Assembly: GCA_013239625.1 (NCBI GenBank)
Contig: MU053810.1
Location: 496,001-560,000, forward strand
DNA length: 64,000 nucleotides
Reading direction: 5' to 3'
DNA from: Lama guanicoe
Taxonomy: Eukaryota
Of the stretch, positions 24,601 to 39,600 are shown one piece after another. Made by a program: the position numbers and the translations under genes. Each line of letters starts with the position of its first letter. Within the stretch, counting starts at the first letter, position 1. The notes beneath the pieces were generated by a model, which worked only from the letters and a program-made list of their open reading frames with translations, made no database searches and was not told where the DNA came from.

Positions 24601-27600
24601 GCGCGTGAGTGACCGGACGTGGCCGGTGTCTGGCTGTCAGAGGCAGAGGCTGGAATGGAGCCCTGAGCTCCCACAGCTCAGGTCGCAGCCATTCCACCAC
24701 AACGGCTCCCCATCCCTTCTCTAGGTTTGTTTCCACTAAGTTGGAATTCTGCCAGGTAACATCCCTCTTCTTTATCACAGCTCAATTTATAGCTCCCTTT
24801 CTAACTTAAGAGATGCCATCCCCCTTCAAGACAGAGAGGTGAAAACAGAGTAACTGATGTCTTCAGCTCCACAGAGGAGAGTAAACAGTTAAGTTATTTC
24901 AGGACGTGATCATACAGGCCATATCCTTGTGTCCAAAAAAATGATTCAAAGCTATCACAAGCAACACAACAGTGAGGTGACATGGGTGTGGAGAAGGAAT
25001 GAGAACACTGTGGGTAACGTTTAGGAAACATATGGGTCACGTACTTGGAAAACACACCTGCTGTCCTCTGCACAGCTAAGTCAGTGAGCACCATCATAGG
25101 ACCCCCAGTGACCCAAATTTCTCTTGCATGTCTTCATAGTGAAATCTTTGCTGCAAGATTTATTAGGTCAGGTTTTTGTTTTCTGTTTCATTACAGAAGT
25201 TTCCATCACTTTAGAATTACAGAATAAACATAGATCACTCAAATCCTCATCTTCAGTCTAAAGGTACAAGTGACTCAATTACCTTTCAGGTGATTGAAAA
25301 TAACCATCTAAACATCAAGTGACAAACTCCTGGCCACACTGAAGAGTGTGAACTGAACTATTTTAAGCAGGCGCAGACCCCAGGAAAAGGAGGGCAGAGG
25401 GTGGCGTTTAGCCGTCTGTTACATCAATAATCCCTGAACTTGTGACTCGTAATGATGGAAGACACCGTGTCTCCCAGTGTTAAGGATATTTTAAGGGGAG
25501 ATTCTTGTCCACTGTGTACGTCAAATACCTTAGTTGATCTGAGGAAATATTTTTTGAGCAGTGAGCCCTTCACATATAGAATGCCTATGTGTTTAAAGCA
25601 TATCAAATATTATTTTTTACTTACCCTACTGTCTCTATATATATCGAATACAACTGCAAAGGAGAAAAAGACTCAAAGTTAACAGTGAACTACTATTTCC
25701 ATGAACTGAGTCTCCTTTTGAAAATTAAAATACATTTTATTATCAGCTACTCACACAGAAGACTAGATTGTTGACCTTGAGGACTTCATGCTTCTACATC
25801 TCAAAACTTCAAACTATAAAGAGGCATCCTGCAATGTTTCATTTCCATAATTTTGCTTTTCTTTCCTCATCCTCAGCCATCATCCCTTATATTTAAAAAT
25901 TCAAACCAGACACCGACATTGCCTCAACCGGTTCACCATTACAGACAGGTTACCCACACTAGTGAAAGGTGCATCAGGAACTTGCTATTTGATGGGGAAT
26001 TAAATGAGCCAAACCTGTAGTAGGAAAGCATAAAATCTAGCTGTGCTTATGGCATGATTAATCTTTTTTAAAAGTCAAATCTGTCATAGACCCCAGGCTT
26101 GGCAAGTAGAAAAGTGTAAACCACAGAAGATATAATTTGACGATGCATGAAAACTTTCTCATACACAATAAACCTTCAGTTCTTATTAACAACTCACAAA
26201 TATTTGCTTCGTAACTAGTGCTATCTGGTCATTCAAATAAAAAACCTAGAAAGGTAGGTAAGTCAACCAGCTGATTTTAGTCCTAATAACAGAAGCATCT
26301 GGTTCTCTGTAGAGACTCTCTGAGATGGATAATAAAATACCTCGAAAGACAGGAGAGAGAACTGTCTCAGTACTAAAAAGGGACTCTGGTTTAAAAAGGT
26401 AAAATCAACATGCCAATCCATCAAGCAATACCGTAATACAGCAAAATGCTTAAAATAGTTTTTCAAATCCAATTTTAAAATATACACCACTGTGAAATAA
26501 GGTTCAGTAACATGCATTTCACTGGGTCAGTAAAAAATACTCACAGTCTTCATCTAAGAATTTATACTGTATGTGTTTCTTGAAAAAGTCTTGTATGCAT
26601 CTGCAAATCTCTTCCTTTTGTTTGGAAATATGATCATAGTATTGTGTGTAGTCTCTCTGAGAAATACCTAACAAGAAAATATTTTATATTCTGTTAATAT
26701 ATAATATTCTTTTCCGAAACATCAAAATGTGATTTGAACCTCTTTTTGAAAGAACCATTAAAGTAGACCAGAAGACCAATCAGATGAGGCCTGCATTATA
26801 CATTACTCAGCATTTTATACAGATACAAAACTTACCAGTTATAAAGGTTCATATGGACCGGTGAACCCTGAAGTTCCATCTTGCCATGCATTCTTACTTT
26901 AGAAATGGCAGTTACTTTTATTTAGTAAAAGGGAAAGAATTCAAAGTCATAAAAATGTTTATTGGGTAAAAAATGAAAGAAATTTTAAACCTGCACACAG
27001 TCAGTTCATTTTTTCCAGTGAACTCTCTAAAAGTTGGCATTCTTTTCCATTTTCTTTGAGAAAATGTGAAATATCTATCACTGTATGTCTTTCATGTTCC
27101 TAGTGCATTGCACGGACGCAGCCTGTTTTTCCTGTTCATACGTGCTGTCCCGCCTTCACAAGCCTGATGTTTCAGGCCGTGGAAAAGTAAACATTCCTTT
27201 CTTCAGAGTGACTTGCTGATATTCCAAATACACAGAAGGGAGTACTGTAAAAACTCCTTCAGTTTGCTCCACATCTAGGAAAAAGTTCTCTACTCTGAAA
27301 GGAGGACTTCCATCCAATTTCTTAATCATATGTAGGACTCCATTCTTTTTTGAGGGGTTAGTTTGTTTAGAGGGGGGAAGTAATTAGGTTTATTTATTTT
27401 TAATGGAGCTGTTGGGGACTAAATCCAGGACCTCGTGCATGCTAAGCACATGCTCTACCACTGAGCTACACTGCCCCCGCCATGACTCCCTTCTTTAGTT
27501 GCACTTACATTGCAGTTTTTCATTCAGGAATATCTAGTAACATGATAAATTCGAATACCCCAAGTTTATTTTAGGTAAGTTAATACATGTCAATATCACA

Positions 27601-30600
27601 TTAAATAAACAAACAGTGTTGATATGATTCTGTTCAAATCACACTTTCTTGGTTGATGATCAGTTTTACCTCAAGGAAAATGTGCTTAGACAAAGTAAGA
27701 GCAAGTTATTTTCAATGTTTAACTTGGGTGTATCATAGCAGACAAAATAATAACCTGAGAGGAAAGAAAATGGGCGGCTTTTAAAGTAATGCACATACTT
27801 GTTCACGTATTTTCTCTGGGTAGAAATAAAGTTCAAAAACTGGGCTTTTTATGATGCTTAAAATAAGCAGTGTGTTGCTAGTAATACTTAGGAAAGCCCC
27901 AAAGAGAAGGTAGGTGGTATTATACACATCCTAAACTGGGGATGGTGAAGACCATCACCTATGCCTCTGGAATCCAGACAGACATGATTTCCTATAGGAA
28001 GGGAATGTGGCCTCATGATCATCGTCAACAGAGCATTCCAGACAGTCCGTGCCAACTGCTGACAGGCAGCATCTGAGATAAAAACTGACTGTTACCCTGT
28101 CTTAATTACTAAGTAATTTATTTCCATCAAAAGCTTTACTTTTTTTAACGATTACTTACAAAGGTTAAAAAAAAAAAACTCACCAATAAGCTTATTTTCC
28201 TTGACAAAACATCTGAACTCAGCCCCAGGAATTAATTCGCACCATTTTCGAAGGACAAGCTGCAGACAAAGGGAAAAAAAGTAATCCAACTACGTAATTA
28301 GAGGACATTCACTAGTCTAGTAGACAATTTGATGTCAAGACTGTGGCTTAACTGCTGTTATCAAATGGTTTTTTCAAAAAAAGGCATAATGAAACATTCC
28401 TGACATGAGATGCAGGGAATCGAGTTACAATCTACTAGCCTAACAGAATAGGGGAAACTGTGTTAAAACTCTTGATGACAAAGTGCCTTTTTGTCACTTA
28501 TTTATCATTTGGGGAATTCTAACATAATGCAACTCAAAGAATGACGAAGGTAAATCTTATCATTGTTGGGATGCAAGCTGCCCTGTAATTCATACGTTCC
28601 TTACTCCTTTATGAATATCAGAAAATAAAATAACTTCAAAGTTATCTACCTTAAGCATCATTCTGTACTATTTACTCTGATAAAATTATTATGGCTTATC
28701 ACAAAGACTCACCATAACTCTTCTATGATTTTCCCATTATTTTAAGGTAAAACAATTGTACCAATGGCCCAAGTCATAAATGGGTCTTATTACTGTGATT
28801 GACTATTTAATTTGTGCAAATTCTCATATTGCTGCAATTTATAAACAGTATGGATGACAGATGTATGTTTCGGAGTTTGTTTTTAAATGTTCTTTGGAAA
28901 AAAACTAGTCCTGTCCTTCTGAAGTATTCACTAATCACTGGCTAGTGCCCCCAGCCTCTCTCATCCTGGCACACAGCTCTCTGCCCCTCAAGACCTAGGA
29001 GATGGTGAATTGCTCTCGGCCCCATTCCTGGAATCCCCCAATGGGCCCAGGCCCTTCCTACTGTGCCTCCCACAGTTTCTCGTACATGACACTTGAGAGA
29101 AAGCCCATATATCCCTGTTGTTCTATGATAATTTGACACAAGTCTCTCTTCTGGGTCTTTTTAACTTTGTGTTCCCAGAACAAGTATGGAACACCTAGCA
29201 GGTGCTGAGGAAATGTCTGTCAAATGAAAAATGAAATGGCAAATCTCTAAGCAGTCACTAAAAATCATGATATAAAAAATATCTAATGAACTGTGAAAAT
29301 GCTCATACTATGCCAGAGGTGGAGGAAAAAAAGTGGCATACAAAGCATCATGAAGAGTGTGTATACACACACACACACACACACAAACACGCACAAACAT
29401 CTCAAGGGAAGTTGAAGGCCAAAATGCTAATTAATACGGGTGGTAGATTCCTCATACTTTCTTGTATTGTTAAGTTTTTGATAGGAAGTTGCTTTTCTTT
29501 AAAAAAAAAAAAACCAAACTATTGTTAAAGTATGTCTTAGAAATTTAAAATGCACTGATTTCAATTTTCATCATTATGAAGTATTAGTCAAGTTTTACGT
29601 GTGCTGTATTTTTGAAAAGAACCTAATTATTAAATGAAGAACCCCACACTAAAAGATTACCCTGTTGTTATCTATTAAAACCTGAAACCCACAAATATAT
29701 TTTTTACGGCTACAGTCATCTTTATTAAAACAGCAAAGAAACATGCAATTGTTGCAAACTGACATTAAGGTTTTGGAAAATCTGTGTAATCTTTATTGAA
29801 ACATTTTGGATACACTGTGGTTGAAAAAAATACAAAAAGTAAAAAGTTTTTCGTGATCCTTTTGTTTTCTTCAGTATGTAATCTGTAAAGTGAGTGAACA
29901 ATATAAAAAAAATAAAAAGGTCCACTGGACCTAAATGGTAAAATGGTGATGACTACTTTTCCTTGTAAACCAGGTTAAAAAAGCTTAAACAGGTTAAGAT
30001 GGACAGTTAGTATAAAGGTGTTTCTTTTATTACAAAATAAAATATTCTATAGTATGTTCATACTGCATATATACTGGGGGTGTGTGTATGTGTATATATA
30101 TATATACACACATATACATATATTTATATATATATATTTATATATATATAAAACATATATTTTATGTATATATTTCATAAATTAAAAAATCCAATGGCTC
30201 TAAGTTCCTAGAGAATTTAGTCCAAAAAACTGGATTCATTTCACTTAAGAATAAACAGCAATTCTCCAAACATCTTCATTTAGGATTATCAACTTCATCA
30301 AGATTTTTAAAAAAAGGTTCTTACCTCATATTCTATACAGGGATCTGGAGAATCATCAGTACAATGAATAAATCTTTGAGGCAAAAAAAAAAAAAGCAAT
30401 TGAATCTTGTTTTTATAGCATCAGTTTATGAACACACACTGCTTATATTTAAAAGGAGAGTAAGGTTTAATTAAAAGAATCCAGTAACAGAAAACTAATT
30501 CAAATTCACTGAATTAAGCACTAGTCAGGGTCAGGAGTTAGCCTAGGCACCCTGAAATGTTATTTCATTGGTCCTCAAAACAACCATGTGAGCTACTAGA

Positions 30601-33600
30601 ATCTCCAGTTTTCTGTCCATTTAAAAAAAGCTAAGACCCAGAAAAGACCACACACAGTCCCCAAGACAAGCCAGACTGTCTAACCGCAGTCCTCTCTGTG
30701 CCCTGCTTCCCGGCTGGACCGGGATCTGGTTCTCGGCCAGCATCAACTCTGCCATCTACAGCCATACAGTTAACCTAATCCTTCCCCCATGTGCCATTTA
30801 AGAAATAATTCATAGAATCATTCATTCCTCCGTTAAGTATATTACTTCTCCCTTAAAATAAACCGTCAGCTTCACGAAGAGTTTTTCATATCCTTTATTA
30901 AATCCCCACCTTGTCGGGGGCTGGCCAGGCCTTGAGTGCTCAAATGACTAAGAGTCGCTTGTCCTTCAGGAGGCTGGTCTGGTGAGGAAAGACTAACGAG
31001 CAGACAAAGAATTTCAAAACACTGCAAATGAAAATAAAAACACTCTGGCGGCACGAAGGGAGAAGTGATTACTCTGCTATGTGCGGGGAAGGGGAGCTGG
31101 GAGTCAGGAAAGCCTCATGCGACAGGGAGGAGGGGCTGCAGAGAATTACTGGAGACCGTATCGAGGGATGTGGGACGCGAGGGGAGAATTCACCAAAAGA
31201 TGAGGTTGGAGGGTTGGAGAGAAATTCTGGACAAGTAGCACCAGATCATGAAGGGTCTCGCTGGCCCACTCAGGGAGTTGTACTTTATTACACAGACAGT
31301 GGGGGGGACAGGGTTAAAAGTTTCTAAATATCTGAGGGACATCAGAGCACACAGGCTTGAGGACTATCACAGCGGTGATGGTGCTGGGCGCCTGGGGACG
31401 GAGGGGGCAAGTTGGGAGACAGAGACCAGTCAGAAGGCTTGTTGCAACAGTTCTCGGGAGAGACAAGGGCCCCACTGATGCAATGGCCATGAGAGGGAGA
31501 GGGAAAGAAGCCCTACATAAAGATATTTAGGAGACAAAGTCTGTGTTATGTGGTGACTGACTCAAAGTGCAGGGTGAGGAAGAAAGAGGCTGGACGACTG
31601 GGGTGGCTGGCCTTGAGGACAAGCTGGATGGTGATGCGAAGGCCATTTACTTGGACAGAAGGGAAAGCAGGTGCTGGGGGAGGGATAGGGAGGAAAAGGG
31701 GAAATGACTACATCTGGGTGTCCAGAGTGGGACACATCCTGGGAGAACCACAGAGAGATGTCTAGTAAACAACTGGAATAAGGAAACTCAGAAGACAGGG
31801 TGGAGTTGCAGATAACCATCTGGAAATAATCATCAGGTGGTTGTAAGAATCAACGTCAAGGAAGTAGACAGAAGCAATCACCTCATGCAGGTGACAGAAT
31901 TCTGGGGAAAAGTAACAACTGAAGAATAAGCAAAACAGGCAGTCAAGGGACATTTTTATGAAGAAGATACACTAGCAAACCAAAAAGTAGTTTTAAAGAT
32001 GTCTTCGGCAATTTGCAAGTGAAATTGAGCTCGAAAAGCTTTTAAATTTCCCTGCATATCTAATTAAGTTGGAATTCTCTGCAATCATTTATGGTTTATG
32101 CTACAAACAATAACAAACAAATAATGTGGCTGGGTAAGAACGTCCAAAAATAAGAACTTTCATTGCCATTAACAGTTGAGAATCAAGGAATACAATCTGA
32201 ATGACAAAGAAAGGAACACACAGGCTGCTTTGTTGAAAGGAGCAGGTTTTCACTGTATTAGCGAACAGGCACCAGAGGAAGCATTTACATTTGCTACCTC
32301 ATTTAATCCTTGCAACAGTCCTGGGAGAAAGTGCTACTATTATTGTCCACGTTCATCACACGAGAAGTCAATGAAGTGGTGGCAGGGCACTAAACTACAC
32401 GTGGAACTGCTTCCCTCAGGGGCGGAGCTTCTAGAGCTGCTGTGAAAGCTCTCAGATTTCACTTAAGAAAACCTAAAAACCCACAAACACTGGATGGACC
32501 CTGAGAAACACATATGACCTTGATCATCTCTTTCAATAGTTCTACATAATAAATTTTTCTTTATTTTAGAAGATTCCCTCACCTTTCCCCCCCTAGTTTA
32601 ATAGCCTAAATATTTAAATTGGTAAACAATTACATTGTAAAAATTACATATATACTAAAAATTCACCTAATCCTTATAACATTTTTCTTCAACTCTTTTT
32701 AAAATTCTCCATGAAAAGATGAAAAATGTGTCAAAAATCAATACATTGTTTTGCGCAATAAAAAATTACGTGGTAAGAGAAATTTTTCACAGGAGAGAAC
32801 GTTCACAATATAGTACGTTTTTAAACAATAAAAACAGTCACAAAACTACATTCAGTACAATCTCCTCTTTTAAAGCATGCATGACACAGTGATCATTTTT
32901 AGAACGTTGACAACAGTTCTTCCCTAGCAGTGACTGTTCATTTCTTCTGCTGCTTGTCTGTAGATTTCTAACATTATACTTATCACCTCAAATACACATT
33001 GCTTTTATTCTGATGTTTAATTTTGAAGAATTAGACAATACATAAAAGTACAAAGTGTACATGTACTGCTCTTATAAGAAGCAGGCAATTCAAGTTTACT
33101 TTAAAAGTTAATATTTCACATTTTGCAATATATACAAAAAAATCATTAACTTGTACACCTGAAACTAATATAATCTTTGGACAATTACACCTCAATTTTT
33201 TTCAAAGTTAATATTTTAGCTTCCAACTAACCACCAGCTTTTTATCATAAAACTGAATTGCCTATCTTTCCTTAATTTAAATGTATCTAAAATATTCAAG
33301 AGAGATGGGGAAAGAAAAATGACAAAGGAACTCAAATAAACAAATTAACACGGCACTATCTTAATGGTTAATGTAACAGGACTACTACCATTTTAATCCT
33401 TGAAATGTGATTTTAACCATGTGGGTGCCATATTTTTTATAAATCTGATTATAGAGGCTAGCTCTTAATACGATATATTATTCTATAAACAGGTAGATTA
33501 AGGCTCTATATCTACCTACTTTAAAAATTCTACAGGAAAACCAAAAGGAACATTTCCAATACAGGTCTTCATTATCTAAATTTTTTAATGCTTCTCCATT

Positions 33601-36600
33601 TCTACAAATATTGATTTCAACCCTTGGTTAATCTTCATTTGCTACTTTAAAATAGGTATACCTTATAAAACACACTTGCATTTTACCATCCTGTAACGTT
33701 ATTTTTTTAAGTGGTGATTGGTTTAACATTTAATGTTATTTAAAAACCTTGACTAGTTTCAAAAGGTTGACGTGAGAACATATGTGTTATGTGCGATTAC
33801 TGCACAAGGCTTTTTCTTATTAAGATGATTAACCAGATGGCCAAGTCTCATCCCTGAAAGGAGACGAAAGTGCAGAGCCATCTAATTAAGACTGAATGCG
33901 AAGGTCAACAGTAACATTTTCAGAAGCTCAGCTGAAATACTGCAAAGAATTGCCTATGAATATTTAAATTCCATTTATGTTCTGGAGGAAGTTGGTTTAA
34001 AAAGCATAAGTGAGTTAAGATAATTAGTATTAACACTTAAATTTTTACAATCCTTATATAAATTAAGTTCCAAAATTCCAGGTTACACTAAAAAAAGAAA
34101 AAGAAATAAATCCTTAAATCAAGGCTACTTACTACCTTGATAATACCAGTAGAAACAATACTCACAGAAAATGAAAGTATCCTAACAGGAACAATAAAAT
34201 AGCTTCAGTCATATCAAACATAAAAATGTTTGTACTATTCCCTTAACTGACTGAACCAAGAACACGGATGATCCAAAAATTTACATCTGCAATGGAGGAA
34301 AAAACCTGATTATCTCATTTCCAAAAATAACACTTTCCCAACCGCCAAAAGAAAGAGGTACCTCAGAGAGGTAACAGCAAGTCACTGATCAAGGAAAGCA
34401 ATTTACAGAGAAGGAATACTGAGTCGTTAAATCTACTTTAGCTTTTGTTTCTATAAGCACATAACTAAAAAGCCATGGTAAGAACTAGTACAGATTATCA
34501 AATTCCAACTCAGCATATAATACAAAATTATAACATGTATTATAAATTTATTTATGAGCAAAAGCAAGAAATACATCATAATACCTAATACCTCCCCTGT
34601 GTTAACTCAACAAATACTTTACCCAGAAGGAAATCTACTTCAGGATGACACCTGCACCCCAATGTTCATAGTAGCACTATTTACAATAGCCAAAACATGG
34701 AAACAACCTAAATGTCCATCAATAGGTGACTGGATAAAGAAGATGTGGTGTATTTATACAATGGAATACTACTCAGCCATAAAAACCGACAACATAATGC
34801 CATTTGCAGCAACATGGATGCTCCTAGAGAATGTCATTCTAAGACAAGTAAGCCAGAAAGAGAAAAAAAAATACCATATGAGATCGCTCATATGTGGAAT
34901 CTAAAAAACAAAAACAAACAAACAAAAACAAAGCATAAATACAGGACAGAAATAGACTCATGGACAGAGAATACAGACTTGTGGTTACCGGGGGGGGGGG
35001 GGGGGGTAGAGGGTGGGAAGGGATAGACTGGGATTTCAAAATTGTAGAATAGAGAAACAAGATTACACTGTATAGCACAGGGAAATATACACAAAATGTT
35101 ATGATAAATCAGAGAAAAAAATGTGACAATGAGTGTGCGTATGTCCATGAATGACTGAAAAACTGTGCTGAACACTGGAATTTGACGCAACACTGTAAAA
35201 TGATTATGAATCAATAAAAAATGTAAAAAAAAAATACCTTAAATAACACATGGAAATTTGTCTGAATGATGAACTAATATGAAATCATTTGAGATCACTT
35301 TGGAAGGTGGGCAACTGTTAAGACAATTCCTTGTTATAACTCAGAATTAGTCTACGTCCTAGATTCATAAGCATCCCAAGTAAAGGAGAAACAATGTAGA
35401 CATCTGCTCCATATCCTCCCCCACTGCCGACGACCCAGTGCCTCCCCGCAGAGGCCGAACTAGATGAAACAAAATTTCTGTTGAGAAATCTGCTGACACC
35501 TCTACTGCTGTTTCTACGTAATTTGCCTTTTCTCTCTCTCTGTCTCTGGTGTTCTGCAGTTACACTACGGTATGTTTCCTATTGCGACACTGGTGTTTCT
35601 TTGAAATTTTCAACAAGGTACCCTGAGAAAGCAGTATTAAATCAAAGTCATTGGTTTACAGTCTAGGTAGAAAGGAGGCTCCTATGTTTCATGATAAACT
35701 CCTAATTCTTGGCAAATAATTTCAGCTCCTCTAGCTATTAAAACGTCAAAATAAACACGTGTTATTAAGTAATTAACATTACATAATCTACAATATGCAT
35801 TACAAAATAAAAGAATTTTCAGAGACAATAATGGTAAAGATTTTATTTTGAAAAAAGGAAAAACAAAAAAACAAAAAACAAAGGTCTACTTGGATGAAAG
35901 CTACCACGAAATTATGCCAGTATGTTTTTAATACATTTTACAATTACCCAGTTAACAGGAATTTTGGAGAGCAATGTTCTGGATCAGAAGTTTTGAAAAG
36001 AAAAAGAAAGAAAGGAAGAGAAAAAAGCCAAAAACTGTAAGAACTGTGCTTAGCTGGCACTGATGACAGGAATGCCACCTTTTGGCACATTCATGATGCC
36101 CTGACCATGGCTTAAGATTGACGTAGTTTTTTCTGTGAGCTTTGTAACTGTGATCAACACACAGTTTTTATCATGATGTTCCAACTGTTTCACAAGTTGA
36201 AAGAAAACAAATGCAGCTCGTTCAATGATAAGGATGCACACGTATGGAACTAGGGCAACTTGGACAATCAGAAAAAATATGGAAGTGGTCTAGAGAAGAT
36301 AAGATAAGTGTGTCCTATGCTTTGTTACTAGGAAAGGAGGAAAATGATAGGAAGGGACATGTGTATAGGATGAGCTGCACTGCAACTAAGAAATGTACTG
36401 AACAAAAAAGAGCTCCATGGAGGCGGGAACAAGGGACCCCTCTAGCGGAAAAGACTTCACATGAAGAGGAGTCCTATGTGTTACGGATAAGGTGTGAGGT
36501 TCTGGGATGGGAGGAACAGATTTACAATGACACCTACTCAGACAGTGAGAGTTCTCTAATCTGGATCAGAAAATGTGGCAGGAATGGAGGAAGGAGACAT

Positions 36601-39600
36601 CACAGCATTCGTGTACTCTGAGAATGGTAATTCAGTGAGCTGACTAGACAGCTTAGGTGTTGCGTGAATCCACTGAGATCGCAATGTGATCATTTTCCTT
36701 TGTAAAGAGAAAACAGCACCGTGAAGCTCTGTAAAGCGGCAGTACACAGAAGCAGGACTGCTTCAAAGGGGCACGCCGCCCAGGTGTCTACTGGGGCTAA
36801 TCTTCATGGACAAGCTTTCCTAAAAAGTCAGAAGGTTACGACATTATATCTCATGGTAAACAATTCTTAAGTATATAGGAAAAAAAATTTAAGTCATGGG
36901 CAGAAATATAAAAGAAAAACAAAGCACCAAGGGGAAATTAAGCTTCAAAGTTCTGATGCTAAAGATTTTATTGCTCAGCAGGATCCAAAATAAGAGTTCA
37001 CGTACACAGATTCTCACCAGTGGTGAAGAAAAGGTAAAAAAATGATACTGAATTAAGGGTGATTGGGTGTGTTCGTTCGAATTTTCGTAGAATTCTTCAA
37101 AAAGAGCTAAAATATGCTATCTAAAAGAACAATCTAATACAATTTTCTTGGATTTTGTTTTTGCAGGGGGAGGTGTTTAGATTGATTTATTTATTTGTTA
37201 TTTTTAAATGGAGGTGCTGGGGATTGAATGCAGGACCTTGTACACGCTAAGCACATGCTCTACCACTGAGCTATACACACCCTCCCCCCAAAAACATTAT
37301 GAATCAACTACACTTCAATTAAAAAATAAAGTAAAATAAGTAAGCAAAATAAAACTATAACCATCTGAAACAGACAACCTGTCATCTAAATAGACAGATC
37401 TTAAAAACTACAAGGTAAAGATTCTATTAGGTTCAACTTACGTACAAAATTTTACTCCTGAAATCATTTGCTGCTGAATTTTAGGATTAATAATGAGTTT
37501 TGTGATAATCTTACGTAAGTATGTATAAAAATTATGTTGATCACAGCTGAGCCCAAATCACTAAGATAAGTGAACTCTCCTGACCTTTAGTCAAATCAAA
37601 CTACCTTAGTCATGCGCCTCTCAGAGACACAATTAATGGATTAATTTTTTCACTCACTCAGCCCTTTCTTCCAAATGCCAGTTGAATACCAGATTTTTTC
37701 AGGCCTTGGCCTACAGATTTGACACCCAATCAATAAAATAATTAATGAAAGCAGTCTTGTGACTTGGCGAGTCTAGTCACATAGAATGTTTATGTGGACA
37801 ATCCACTCGGCAGGTGTAATGCAGACAGATTATGCTGACTCTCATATTTCGATCTCCATTTTTTAAAGCTTCTTGTGCACAATAACCATGTGACGAAGAG
37901 GAAAAATAAGAGTACTCAGTATTCCATGTCAACTTACAGTCCTGGCTGTCTACTTGCCAGCTATTCCCAACCCCCAGCCATGCGAACAGAACTGGGGCTG
38001 TTCAGATGCGGACGCCCGGGCGCCCGCAATCCTAGGGATGCACGTGTACACCTAAGGACACATTCCTCAAGGACTGTGGGCCCACACCTGCAGCACCAGG
38101 ACCACCTGGGAACATGTTAGAAATTACATTCTTGGGCTCCACTCCCAGCCTAGTGAATCAGAAACTCTGGGCGTGGGGACCAGCAATCCGTGTATTGCCA
38201 AATTCTCCAGATGATTCTGATGCAAGCTGAAGTCTGAGGGCCAGAGGTCTACACCAATCATGGCATTTCTGTTCCCTCTGCCAACTACTGGATGAGGCTG
38301 AGTAACCGTCTGTGTGACCATAAGCCTATCAGGAAGTCTCCTGGGAAGATTCCAGAATGCTCTACTTGCTCATATCCAGAGAAGAATGAGGGAATGCACC
38401 CACTCCTCCTGCTTGTGATTCACATATCATCTCCACATGATACCCACACCTGCAGCAGCCATCATGTAACCATCAGGTGATGACCCCAAACACTCAGCCT
38501 AAGCCAAGGATGACGCAGGGAGAGGCTGAGGGCGCCTGCTCCCTGGTGACCTTGATGAGTAGCTCAGTTCACCCTAGAAATACTCCATCTCCAGACTCCT
38601 TGTTCAATAATGTATTTTTAAAACCCCTGTGTGTGATTTTTAGACGTCTTTTTAGGTGGTCTTCTACCTGTAATCCTGTTCACCTGTAATCCCAACAAAA
38701 ACAGCTTTGTTTTTTCTCCCCCCAAATAGGAAAATATCACAGAATTTTCATATTACATAATTTTCCACATATAATTACATACTGTAATATTCTCTTTTTT
38801 ACTACACTCTATAATGTTTTACTTTGAAGCATTTATAAAAGAAGGAATTTATGAAGTGAAAATACAGAGATCGTTTAGAACAGCATTATTGAAATTATAT
38901 TCTGGCTTTGGTTCCATTACTAGTTTATGGGAGCAAATTACTGAACAGATTTAGGCCTCATTTTCTAACTGACAGAAGAGTTAGATTAGATCACTGATGG
39001 AATTCTATCCAACTTAAAGAATTAAACTCTTAATTTAATCTTTAAGGGGTTGGGAAAGGCCTCTGTGACGAAAGTTCATCTTTCAGTAAAGGAACGATCG
39101 ATAGGGATTTTCATTTAGTGGCAAGATTTACAGTTATGCAACTCACTGACGCCTGACAGAACTTTCCAGAAAAGGGTGACCGTGGGAACTGCCCGTCTGA
39201 GAGGCTGAAAGCTCAGGGCTCGGGGTCTGTCCTGCCAACCCCCAACCACGTACACAAGGAGAAGGGCGGCGCTCTGGGGATAAATGCTCCTATTCCAAGG
39301 CCTCAAAATTCACCTGCTGACTGAACTTCTTACCGGTGCAAAAGTGAAAAATGACAAAAGGCAAAACAATGGCTGACTGGTGTTTCTACCCTTCACTGGA
39401 ACCGTGGCTAAATTCACATAAGACAAAGAGGGAGAGGCCGGCCAAGAGGAGCCTGCAGGTCGCTAGACTGCAAAGATGATATTAAAAACCATCAGCCACA
39501 GAGAACTAGGAGGGATTTATCATTTTCGGACAGGAAATAATGTCCTCATACACCGCAACTAATATTAAAAGTGTATAAAAATGGTATTCAGTGAATTAAT

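Noticed and set aside
26831..26900. Cryptic exon with donor CTG|GTAAGT in intron 8
   Set aside because: No acceptor with a decent polypyrimidine tract at a suitable distance
34554..34904. Independent 116-aa gene
   Set aside because: It is the C-terminus of L1 ORF2 fused by chance to upstream flank; promoterless 5'-truncated copy
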